This document shows positions 29,794-39,400 of a DNA stretch of 39,938 nt, one piece after another; the stretch's first letter is position 1; each line of letters starts with the position of its first letter. The stretch lies in sequence record SRR2962707_699; one strand, written 5' to 3'. The position numbers and the translations under genes are program-made. The notes under the pieces were generated by a model. That model ran no database searches. It was not told where the DNA came from and saw only the letters and a list, made by a program, of their open reading frames with translations.

Positions 29794-29825
29794 AAAAGCA
29801 ACAACTGCAAAGTTGTTGCTTTTTT
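29794..29825 (+). terminator. Intrinsic terminator after ppa
   Basis: aaaagcaacaact-gcaa-agttgttgctttt hairpin. Confidence 0.85.
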
Positions 29826-29881
29826 TATTCTATTGATTTCCTTACATTTATAAGAACATAATTACTAACTAACTTATAAAT

Positions 29882-32233
29882 ATGGAATCCAATATTATTT
29901 ATGTACCTATCCTTATGGCCATTCTTGGCCTTATTTTTATGGGGATAAAAGCTGTTTGGGTGAAGCGCCAACCTGCAGGAAATGAAAAAATGAAATCTAT
30001 CTCTAAAAGTATCCAAGAAGGTGCGCTTGCCTTTTTAAATGCTGAATATAGACTGCTATTAATTTTTGTTATTATCGCCTCAGTCGCTTTATTCGGAATT
30101 TCTTTAGTGGTAGACACTACAAGTTGGATGATTGTTCCTGCTTTTGTAATTGGAGCTATTTTTTCTGCCTTAGCAGGAAATATAGGGATGAGAATTGCTA
30201 CAGAAGCAAATACTAGAACTACAGAAGCGGCAAAAACTAGCTTGCCGCAAGCATTACAGGTTTCTTTTGGCGGGGGTACCGTAATGGGACTAGGAGTGGC
30301 AGGATTAGCAGTTTTAGGACTCAGTTTGTTCTTTTTAATCTTTACGGGTCAGTTTTTAGATGGAGCAGGGTCTTTTTATGAAAATATGACGGTTGTTTTA
30401 GAAGCGCTTGCAGGCTTTTCTTTAGGAGCAGAATCGATTGCGCTATTTGCTCGTGTTGGAGGAGGTATTTATACCAAAGCAGCAGATGTAGGAGCAGATT
30501 TGGTGGGGAAAGTAGAAGCGGGAATTCCAGAAGATGATCCTAGAAATCCAGCAACTATAGCAGATAACGTAGGAGATAATGTAGGAGATGTAGCAGGAAT
30601 GGGAGCCGATTTATTTGGGTCTTATGTAGCTACAGTTTTAGCGGCTATGGTTTTAGGAAATTATGTTATTCGAGACATGAGTATTAGTGCTCCTTTTACG
30701 GATGATTTTAATAATATGGGACCAATTCTTTTGCCGTTAGTAATTGCAGGAATTGGAATTTTAGCTTCTATAATAGGTACTTTCTTAGTAAAAATAGTTA
30801 ATAATGATGCTAGAGAACCGCAAGTTCAAAAAGCGCTTGATACTGGTAATTGGACAGCTATTTTTTTGATGTTGCTAGCAAGCTATTTTTTAATAGATTT
30901 TATGCTTCCTGAGACAATGGATATGAAATTCTTTGGAAACGATTATACCGTGGCTATCCCATCTATAAATGTTTTTTGGTCGGCTTGTATTGGATTGGCA
31001 GTTGGGGCACTTATTTCTTATGTAACCTCTTATTATACAAGTCTAGGAAAAAAACCAGTACTAGATATAGTTCAAAATAGTTCTACAGGGGCGGGGACAA
31101 ATATTATAGCAGGACTCGCTGTAGGGATGATGTCTACGTTTTGGTCGGTGTTATTATTTGCAGCAGCTATTTATGGGTCTTATGAATTTGCAGGATTTTA
31201 TGGAGTTGCAATTGCGGCTTCGGCAATGATGGCAACTACGGCAATGCAATTAGCAATAGATGCCTTTGGGCCAATAGCAGATAATGCTGGTGGGATTGCA
31301 GAAATGAGTGAATTAGAGCCAGAAGTACGAGAGCGTACCGATATATTAGATTCTGTAGGAAATACAACGGCTGCCGTTGGGAAGGGGTTTGCTATTGCTT
31401 CGGCAGCTTTAACTGCCTTGGCATTATTTGCAGCTTATGTTACTTTTACAGGAATTGACGGAATTAATATTTTTAAAGCAGATGTTTTAGCTGCCTTATT
31501 TGTTGGGGGAATGATTCCTGTTGTTTTTTCCGCTTTAGCAATGAAGTCTGTAGGGAAAGCAGCTATGGAAATGGTGCAAGAAGTAAGGAGGCAGTTTAGA
31601 GAAATTCCAGGTATTTTAGAAGGAACGGGAAGACCAGATTATAGCAAATGTGTTGAAATTTCTACTAAGGCTGCTCTAAAAGAAATGTTATTACCTGGGT
31701 TATTAACCATTATAACTCCTATTGTAATAGGGTTGGTATTTGGTGCAGAACCTTTAGGTGGATATATGGCTGGAGTTTGTGTGTCTGGTGTAATGTGGGC
31801 AATTTTTCAAAATAATGCAGGTGGTGCTTGGGACAATGCAAAAAAATCTTTTGAGGCTGGGGTAGAAATAAATGGAGAGATGACGTACAAAGGATCAGAT
31901 GCTCATAAAGCGGCTGTTACTGGAGATACAGTTGGAGATCCATTTAAAGATACTTCTGGACCTTCCATGAATATTTTAATTAAACTTACTTGTTTAGTAG
32001 GATTGGTAATTGCGCCTATTTTAGGCGGGCACTCTTCGGAAGTTATAATGACGTCTAAAGAGGTTATCCAAAAGGAGATTCGTGTAAATGTTGGGAGTGC
32101 GGATTTAGAACCAGCAAAAGCGGTAATAACTACCACTAAAACAGTAAATGGTAAAATTGTTACTGAAGAAAAAATTATTGAAGGAACTCCAGAAGAAATA
32201 GAACAACAAGTGAGGGATTTAAAAGAAAAGTAA
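29882..32233 (+). CDS. hppA: Membrane-integral pyrophosphatase, K+-dependent, probably H+-pumping
   Basis: [60 protein letters not shown] motifs. Confidence 0.96.
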   Translation: MESNIIYVPILMAILGLIFMGIKAVWVKRQPAGNEKMKSISKSIQEGALAFLNAEYRLLLIFVIIASVALFGISLVVDTTSWMIVPAFVIGAIFSALAGNIGMRIATEANTRTTEAAKTSLPQALQVSFGGGTVMGLGVAGLAVLGLSLFFLIFTGQFLDGAGSFYENMTVVLEALAGFSLGAESIALFARVGGGIYTKAADVGADLVGKVEAGIPEDDPRNPATIADNVGDNVGDVAGMGADLFGSYVATVLAAMVLGNYVIRDMSISAPFTDDFNNMGPILLPLVIAGIGILASIIGTFLVKIVNNDAREPQVQKALDTGNWTAIFLMLLASYFLIDFMLPETMDMKFFGNDYTVAIPSINVFWSACIGLAVGALISYVTSYYTSLGKKPVLDIVQNSSTGAGTNIIAGLAVGMMSTFWSVLLFAAAIYGSYEFAGFYGVAIAASAMMATTAMQLAIDAFGPIADNAGGIAEMSELEPEVRERTDILDSVGNTTAAVGKGFAIASAALTALALFAAYVTFTGIDGINIFKADVLAALFVGGMIPVVFSALAMKSVGKAAMEMVQEVRRQFREIPGILEGTGRPDYSKCVEISTKAALKEMLLPGLLTIITPIVIGLVFGAEPLGGYMAGVCVSGVMWAIFQNNAGGAWDNAKKSFEAGVEINGEMTYKGSDAHKAAVTGDTVGDPFKDTSGPSMNILIKLTCLVGLVIAPILGGHSSEVIMTSKEVIQKEIRVNVGSADLEPAKAVITTTKTVNGKIVTEEKIIEGTPEEIEQQVRDLKEK

Positions 32234-32236
32234 TTT

Positions 32237-32269
32237 GAATACCTCGTGGACTTGCTTCGAGGTAGTTGA
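32237..32269. repeat. REP-like palindrome resembling IS200/IS605 terminal hairpins
   Basis: tacctcg-tggacttgctt-cgaggta followed by gttga. Minus strand reads TCAACTACCTCGAAGCAAG... Confidence 0.5.
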
Positions 32270-32365
32270 AAACTATATTTTTTAATTGTAATCTATTGTA
32301 AATCAAAAAAATATAATTAAATTTACACTGAACTGTTGCTCGTAGTTTGAGTAGGATGCGAGTAA

Positions 32366-32446
32366 CTTGGGGTAGTTTTGAGAAGCTAAAAATATTATAA
32401 TTAATATTTTTAGCTTCTTTATTTTTACTCACTCACTACTCCCAAG
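32366..32446. terminator. Long inverted repeat between convergent hppA and the deoxynucleoside kinase gene
   Basis: Perfect 17-bp arms at 32381-32397 and 32402-32418, plus outer arms cttggggtagt/actactcccaag. Confidence 0.55.
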
Positions 32447-32485
32447 GGAGAATTAGATGCTAAAGTTTCTGCTGAGAAAAAGTCT

Positions 32486-33100
32486 TTAAAAGAGTCCGTT
32501 GATCTCAGCGTCAATTTTATTGATAATTTCTCCTAAATCTTCTGGATTGTCTACAAAGTTATACTTGTCAACATCTATAATTAGTAGTTTTCCTTTGTCG
32601 TATTGATGAATAAATGCTTCGTAGCGTTCATTTAATCTACTTAGATAGTCAATAGAAATAGAGTTTTCATATTCTCTTCCTCTTTTATGAATTTGATTTA
32701 CCAAGTTAGGAATAGAACTTCTTAAATAAATTAATAAATCTGGAGATTGTACTAGGCTTTCCATTAATTGAAAAAGAGAAGAGTAATTTTTAAAATCCCT
32801 ATTAGTCATCAAGCCCATGGAATGTAAATTGGGAGCAAAAATATAGGCATCTTCATATATTGTTCTGTCTTGAATAATTTTTTTTCCGCTTTCGCGAATT
32901 TCTAGAATTTGTCTAAAACGACTATTTAAGAAATAGATTTGCAAGTTAAAACTCCAACGCTCCATTTGTGTGTAGAAATCGTCTAAATACGGGTTGTCTA
33001 CCACATCTTCAAAATGAGCTTCCCATTTGAAATGTTTAGAGAGTAATCTTGTTAATGTAGTTTTTCCTGCGCCTATATTACCTGCAATTGCAACGTGCAT
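32486..33100 (-). CDS. Deoxynucleoside kinase (dAK/dCK/dGK family)
   Basis: GNIGAGKTT P-loop, LQIYFL, DRTIYED, KRGR motifs. Confidence 0.94.
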   Translation of the reverse strand: MHVAIAGNIGAGKTTLTRLLSKHFKWEAHFEDVVDNPYLDDFYTQMERWSFNLQIYFLNSRFRQILEIRESGKKIIQDRTIYEDAYIFAPNLHSMGLMTNRDFKNYSSLFQLMESLVQSPDLLIYLRSSIPNLVNQIHKRGREYENSISIDYLSRLNERYEAFIHQYDKGKLLIIDVDKYNFVDNPEDLGEIINKIDAEINGLF

Positions 33101-33230
33101 GGGGTCTATTTTTTTATATTGATAAATAACTTTGGTAAAGATACAAGAATAAGCCGCTTTGATAAAAAATAATTTTCCTTACGATGAGAAAAATAAATTA
33201 TTTAAAGAGACGCAAACGATTGCTGCTAGC

Positions 33231-33268
33231 CCCGATTGCGCTAACTACCATGTAGTAGCAAAAGCGGG
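33231..33268 (+). other. Structured hairpin element sharing a core with the Flavo-1-like element
   Basis: cccg-attgc-gct-a-actac-cat-gtagt-agc-aaaag-cggg. Confidence 0.55.
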
Positions 33269-33349
33269 TAACAGCGAAAGGGAATAAGAAATTAAAAAAG
33301 GGCTCCAAATAAAAAAGTGTTAAACATTTTTCAGTTTCAATCTTATTCT

Positions 33350-33357
33350 TACATTTG
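33350..33357 (+). promoter_or_regulatory. -7 promoter box (TACATTTG) for the metK leader
   Basis: TAnnTTTG immediately upstream of the riboswitch. Confidence 0.7.
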
Positions 33358-33368
33358 TACCCAGAATT

Positions 33369-33420
33369 TTGAGGAAAGATTTGACTGATTGCCACCTCGT
33401 AAAAAAAGAGCTAAAGCAGT
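33369..33420 (+). ncRNA. SAM-II class riboswitch (Bacteroidota type)
   Basis: P1 GAGG/CCUC, conserved GAUUUG and UUGC, A-rich linker, GCUAAAG, pseudoknot ACUG(33384-87)/CAGU(33417-20). Lies upstream of metK. Confidence 0.8.
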
Positions 33421-33483
33421 GATGAACTCCTTTAGACGCACCTGTCAAAATTCTTTCCCATTTAGAAGTTTAGAAATTACATT

Positions 33484-34740
33484 ATGGCATATTTATTTAC
33501 ATCGGAGTCTGTTAGTGAAGGACATCCAGATAAAATTGCAGATCAAATAAGCGATGCGCTTTTAGACAACTTTTTGGCTTTTGATCCAGAGAGTAAAGTT
33601 GCTTGCGAAACTTTAGTAACTACTGGGCAAGTAGTGCTTGCCGGAGAGGTAAAAAGCGCTACGTATTTAGACGTACAGTCTATTGCTCGTGAGGTTATTA
33701 ATAAAATTGGATACACTAAAGGAGCGTATCAATTTAGTGGAGATTCTTGTGGAGTTATTTCGTTAATTCATGAGCAGTCTCAAGACATTAACCAAGGGGT
33801 AGACAGGGCTTCGAAAGAGGAGCAGGGTGCTGGAGACCAAGGGATGATGTTTGGGTATGCTACCAATGAAACCGAAAACTATATGCCTTTGGCGTTAGAT
33901 ATTTCTCACAAATTATTAATGGGACTTGCAGATTTGCGTCGGGAAGAAAAGGAGATTACCTATTTACGTCCAGATGCAAAAGCACAGGTTACTATTGAGT
34001 ATTCAGATGATAATGTGCCGCAAAGAATAGATACTATTGTACTTTCTACGCAGCACGATCAATTTGATGCTGACGATGAGAAGATGCTAACTCAAATTAA
34101 GAAAGATATTTTAGAAATCTTAATTCCAAGAGTAGTTAAGCAGTTGCCAAAATATGTTCAGGAGTTGTTTAATGATACTATTAAATATCATATCAATCCA
34201 ACCGGAAAATTTGTAATTGGTGGTCCTCATGGAGATAGCGGACTTACAGGAAGAAAAATTATTGTAGATACTTACGGTGGTAAAGGAGCTCATGGAGGCG
34301 GTGCTTTTAGTGGAAAAGATCCAAGTAAAGTAGACCGTAGTGCAGCATATGCTTCTCGCCATATTGCTAAAAACTTGGTGGCAGCAGGAGTTGCAGATGA
34401 GGTTTTAGTACAGGTAAGTTATGCTATTGGCGTGGTAGAGCCGACTTCTATTTTTGTAAATACGTATGGTACTTCTAAAGTAGGATTGAGTGATGGGGAG
34501 ATAGCCAAAAAAGTAGCTCAGTTGTTCGATATGCGTCCGTTTGCAATTGAAGAGCGTTTAAAATTGCGCAATCCAATATACTTAGAGTCTGCTGCATATG
34601 GGCATATGGGAAAACAACCTCGTACAGTTACAAAGGTTTTTGAATCTCCATACAACGGTAGAATTGAAAGAGAAGTTGAGCTTTTTACATGGGAAAAGTT
34701 GGACTTTATAGATAAAGTAAAAGAGAGCTTTTCGTTATAA
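33484..34740 (+). CDS. metK: S-adenosylmethionine synthetase
   Basis: [32 protein letters not shown] motifs. Confidence 0.98.
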   Translation: MAYLFTSESVSEGHPDKIADQISDALLDNFLAFDPESKVACETLVTTGQVVLAGEVKSATYLDVQSIAREVINKIGYTKGAYQFSGDSCGVISLIHEQSQDINQGVDRASKEEQGAGDQGMMFGYATNETENYMPLALDISHKLLMGLADLRREEKEITYLRPDAKAQVTIEYSDDNVPQRIDTIVLSTQHDQFDADDEKMLTQIKKDILEILIPRVVKQLPKYVQELFNDTIKYHINPTGKFVIGGPHGDSGLTGRKIIVDTYGGKGAHGGGAFSGKDPSKVDRSAAYASRHIAKNLVAAGVADEVLVQVSYAIGVVEPTSIFVNTYGTSKVGLSDGEIAKKVAQLFDMRPFAIEERLKLRNPIYLESAAYGHMGKQPRTVTKVFESPYNGRIEREVELFTWEKLDFIDKVKESFSL

Positions 34741-34792
34741 ATAGATTTTTTAGTGATGATTTGGAAAAATGAATATATTTTCTGAATCTTTG

Positions 34793-34897
34793 AATCCTTC
34801 ATAGAAGGTTTAATTTCAAGACGTTCTGCGTCGAAACGAGTAAAATTGTTTCATTTGATTGCTTTGTGGATTTGCTCCCGAAGTAGAAGATATAAAG
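34793..34897. repeat. Dispersed intergenic element, copy B
   Basis: Homologous to 28967-29094. Confidence 0.65.
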
Positions 34898-34972
34898 CTT
34901 CATTAATATTATGAGGCGAGATTAAAGTTAATCCCACAATGTGGGGAAGTAGTTCAAATACATTTTGTAGAT

Positions 34973-35084
34973 GTTATCAAGAAAGGCGGAAGGAATAGAC
35001 CTGAAGATGCCTTAGCAACCCTTTGTCTCGAGGAAACTCAGATTGAGAAGGTGCTACATTCTACCACGTAAGTGGATAGATAAC
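34973..35084 (+). ncRNA. SAM-I (S-box) riboswitch
   Basis: P1 GUUAUC/GAUAAC, AAGAAAGGCGGAAGGA...GCCUUAGCAACC...GGUGCUA...GAUA core. Lies upstream of metY. Confidence 0.92.
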
Positions 35085-35171
35085 AAGAATTTAATTCTTA
35101 CGCGTTTACGCTTTTCTTGTTAACACCTTAACAGTACTATTTTAAGTGGTACAAATTAAATTTTAAAAGAA

Positions 35172-36452
35172 ATGAGTAAACAAAAATTTTCAACGGATGC
35201 ACTTCATGCTGGGCATGATGTAAAAGCAAATGGTGGTACAAGAGCTGTGCCGATATACCAAACGTCTTCTTATGTTTTTAATAACGCAGACCATGCTGCA
35301 AATTTATTCAACTTATCAGAGGCTGGATATATTTACACGAGGTTAAACAACCCAACAAACGATGTGTTGGAGCAACGTTTGGCTGCTTTAGATGGTGGGA
35401 TTGCCTCTGTGGTAACAGCCTCAGGAACGGCGGCTATTTCTACTGCTTTGTTGGTGTTGTTAAAGGCGGGAGACCATATTGTAGCTTCTAGTAGCTTGTA
35501 TGGAGGAACGTATAATTTATTGAGCAACACACTTCCTAGGTTAGGTATTACAACCACATTTGTAGACCCAGATGATGCGGCAAATTTTACAAATGCCGTA
35601 CAAGAGAATACACGAGCTTTTTTTATAGAATCTTTGGGGAATCCAAAATTGGACGTGTTAGATATTAAATCGATTTCTAAGGAAGCAAAAAAAGCAGCAC
35701 TGCCATTAATAGTAGATAATACAGTAGCTACTTCTTATTTGGTAAAACCTATAGAGCATGGAGCAAATATTGTTATTCATTCGCTAACTAAATATATCTG
35801 CGGTAATGGAACTTCACTTGGTGGAGTTATTGTAGATGCGGGTACTTTTAATTGGGGGAATGGTAAATTTCCAGAATTTACAGAGCCTTCTCCAAGTTAT
35901 CATGGGTTAATTTATCATGATGTATTAAAAGAGGCTGCTTTTATAGCAAAAGTAAGAATAGAAGGTTTAAGAGATTTTGGAGGCGCGTTGAGTCCGTTAA
36001 ATGCATTTCAAATTTTACAAGGATTAGAAACACTTCCTTTAAGAATAAAGAAACATAGCGAAAATGCATTGGAATTAGCGCAATGGTTAGAAAAACAAGC
36101 AGCAGTAACTTGGGTAAATTATCCTGGGCTTGAAAATAATAAATATAAAAAATTAGCAGAAGTGTATCTTCCAGAAGGACAAAGCGGACTCGTAACTTTT
36201 GGAGTTAAGGGAGGTTTTGAATCGGCTAAGAAAGTAGCAGATAACACAAAAATATTTTCCCTACTTGCTAATATTGGCGATACAAAATCGCTAATTATTC
36301 ATCCTTCAAGTACAACGCATCAGCAGTTAAATGAAGAGGAGCAGTTAGCGGCTGGAGTAACTACAGATTTAATTAGACTTTCAGTAGGATTAGAAGATAT
36401 AGAAGACTTAAAGTCGGATTTAAAAGAAGCATTTAAACAGATAAAAGCATAA
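35172..36452 (+). CDS. metY: O-acetylhomoserine aminocarboxypropyltransferase (sulfhydrylase)
   Basis: PIYQTSSY, YTRLNNPT, HSLTKY PLP lysine, ANIGD, STTHQQL motifs. Confidence 0.93.
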   Translation: MSKQKFSTDALHAGHDVKANGGTRAVPIYQTSSYVFNNADHAANLFNLSEAGYIYTRLNNPTNDVLEQRLAALDGGIASVVTASGTAAISTALLVLLKAGDHIVASSSLYGGTYNLLSNTLPRLGITTTFVDPDDAANFTNAVQENTRAFFIESLGNPKLDVLDIKSISKEAKKAALPLIVDNTVATSYLVKPIEHGANIVIHSLTKYICGNGTSLGGVIVDAGTFNWGNGKFPEFTEPSPSYHGLIYHDVLKEAAFIAKVRIEGLRDFGGALSPLNAFQILQGLETLPLRIKKHSENALELAQWLEKQAAVTWVNYPGLENNKYKKLAEVYLPEGQSGLVTFGVKGGFESAKKVADNTKIFSLLANIGDTKSLIIHPSSTTHQQLNEEEQLAAGVTTDLIRLSVGLEDIEDLKSDLKEAFKQIKA

Positions 36453-36456
36453 AACG

Positions 36457-39400
36457 TTGAAAAACGAATTGTTACATATTACACTCAATCAGTACACAAC
36501 GCTAAGCGGAGTTACGCAAGATTTAAATTTATCATACCAATTGTTTGGTAAGCCATTACATACAGCGCCTATTGTAATGGTGAATCATGCACTTACAGGG
36601 AATTCTGATGTTAGCGGAGAGAACGGTTGGTGGAAAGATTTAATAGGAGACGGAAAAGCTATTGATACAAATAATTATACGGTATTATCATTTAATATTC
36701 CAGGGAATGGTTATGATGGTTTTGTGATCGATAATTATAAAGATTTTGTGGCTAGAGATGTGGCAAACATCTTTTTGTTAGGTCTTGAAGTCTTAAAAAT
36801 AGATGAATTATATGCCTTGATTGGAGGTTCTTTAGGTGGCGGAATTGCATGGGAAATGGTGGCGTTAAAACCTGCTATTACCGAACATTTTATTCCTGTG
36901 GCAACCGATTGGAAGTCGACAGATTGGCTTATTGCAAATTGCCAAATTCAGGAGCAATTTTTGGTGAATTCTAAAAACCCTGTCCACGATGCTCGAATGC
37001 ACGCTATGTTGTGTTACCGAACGCCAGAATCTTTTAAATCGCGTTTCCAACGAAGCACTAATGAAGAATTGCAAGTGTTTAATGTGGAAAGTTGGTTGTT
37101 GCATCATGGAAATAAACTTCAAGAGCGATTTCAGCTTTCGGCTTATAAATTAATGAATCAGTTACTAAAAACTATTGATGTTACCCGAGGAAGACCAGAG
37201 CATTTTAGTGTATTAGAAGCTATAGATGCTAATGTACATATTGTAGGGGTGAGCTCAGATTTGTTTTTTACTGCTGAAGAGAATAGAGAAACGTATAAGC
37301 AATTGGCGCAATCTAGCGACCGTGTGCGCTATGGAGAAGTAGTTTCGGTACACGGGCACGATGCATTTTTGATAGAATATGAACAATTAGAAAAAATAAT
37401 AGGGGGCATTTTTGAATCTGCTCTTAAAGATAATAAGATGAAAGTATTAAAGTTTGGAGGGAAATCCTTGGCCAATGGTAAAGGAATCAATAATGTAGTT
37501 GAAATAATTGAAAACAAGGTAAAAGAAGGAGAGAAAATCACCGTAGTAGTTTCTGCTAGGAATAACGCAACCAATGAGTTGGAGAGTATTTTGGAAACGG
37601 CGGCAGATGGGCAGGATTACGAGCATTTATTTGATGCCTTTAAGAAATATCAAACAGAAGATTATAAAAATGCCAATTTATCTGCTGAGTTTGATAGATT
37701 AGAAAAACTGTTCTCGGGAGTGAGTTTGCTTGGAGATTATAGTGTAAAAATTAAAGATGAGGTTTTAGCACAAGGCGAAATTATTTCTGCTAAATTAATC
37801 ACCAATATTTTAAAAGAAAAAGGAGTCAATGCCAATTTTACAGACTCTCGGGAGCTTATAAAAACAGATGAGAAATTTGGTGACGCACAACCCTTAGAAA
37901 AAATTTCAAAAGAAAATGTTTTAAAACATTTTGCAAAACATAATGGAACAACCGTTAATATTGTTACTGGATTTATTGGCTCTAATAAAAATAACGAAAC
38001 CACTACTTTAGGAAGAAATGGAAGTAATTATACTGCTTCTTTACTGGCTAATTTTTTAGATGCTGGAGAATTGCAAAGTTTTACGCATGTAGATGGTATT
38101 TTTACTGCCAATCCAGACTTGGTGCCAAGTGCACAACGTATCGAAGAATTGTCGTTTAATGAGGCTAATGAGCTAGCAAATTTTGGTGCTACTATTTTGC
38201 ATGCAAAAACTATTATTCCGCTAATAGAGAAAAATATTCCACTTCGTATTTTAAATACTTTTAATCACGATAATAAAGGAACGCTTATTACTGCTAATCC
38301 TAAAAAGGAAGGAATAAAATCACTTTCAGTTTTAGAAAACGTAGCCTTAGTAAATTTAGAAGGACGCGGACTATTAGGAAAAGCAGGAGTAGATGCTAGA
38401 ATTTTTAATGCTCTAGGGAAAAAAGACATCAGTGTAAGTATTATTTCGCAAGGGTCTTCCGAGCGTGGAATTGGTTTGGTAGTAAATGCAAAAGATGCTA
38501 CCGAAGCTATGATTTCTTTGGAAAAAGAATTTGAAAATGATTTTTACTCTAAAGACGTTAATAAAATTTCTGTGGTAGATGATGTTTCTGTAATTTCTAT
38601 CATAGGTCAAGATTTGAGTACGTTCCATAAGCCTTATAATGCGTTGATTAAAAACCAGGTAATTCCTATCCTTTTTAATAATACGGTAACAGGGAAAAAT
38701 GTGAGTTTAGTAGTTAAAAAATCTGAACTTCATAAAGCATTAAATGTTATTCATGGAGAGATTTTTGAAATCTGTAAGAAAATAAACATCGCTATTTTCG
38801 GACATGGATTGGTAGGAGGAACTTTAATCGATCAAATTCTTACTTCAGCAGCTAATATAGAAGAGCGTAAACATTTAAAGCTGAATATTTTTGCAGTTTC
38901 TAATTCAAGAAAATTAGTACTTTCAAAAGAAGGTATTAATTCAGATTGGAAAAAAGAAATAGAGAATAGTAACCAACCTGCAACTATTAAAGATGTAATT
39001 GCATTTACGAAAGCAAATCATCTAGAAAATTTAATTGCTATAGATAATACGGCAAGTAAAGATTTTGTTGCAAATTATACCACTTTGGTGGAAAATGGCT
39101 TTGATTTAGTGTCGTCTAACAAAATTGCAAATACCCTCGATTTTAAATTTTATAAAGAGTTGAGAAGTTTACTTGATAAAAATCAGAAGCAATATTTATA
39201 TGAAACTAATGTTGGAGCTGGGCTTCCTTTAATAGATACAATTCGTATTTTACATTTATCAGGAGAAAATATCACTAGAATTAGAGGTGTATTTTCTGGA
39301 ACTTTAAGTTATTTATTCAATCAATTTTCTTCAGAAGAAAAAACTTTTAATGAGATTCTAAAAGATACTATTGATAAAGGATTTACAGAGCCAGACCCAA

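Noticed and set aside
32175..32432. 85 aa minus-strand ORF
   Set aside because: It runs through the inverted repeat and REP-like palindrome and overlaps hppA, so it is probably spurious.
32237..32446. IscB omega-RNA/HEARO or an intact IS200/IS605 element
   Set aside because: Only a short AACTAC-hairpin is present, with no tnpA, tnpB or iscB and no extended scaffold.
33198..33395. 65 aa minus-strand ORF upstream of the kinase gene
   Set aside because: It overlaps the metK promoter, the riboswitch and the structured element, and has no protein-like features.
5332..38628. Other short ORFs of 60-95 aa nested antisense in long genes
   Set aside because: All lie wholly or largely opposite well-supported CDSs and show no motifs.
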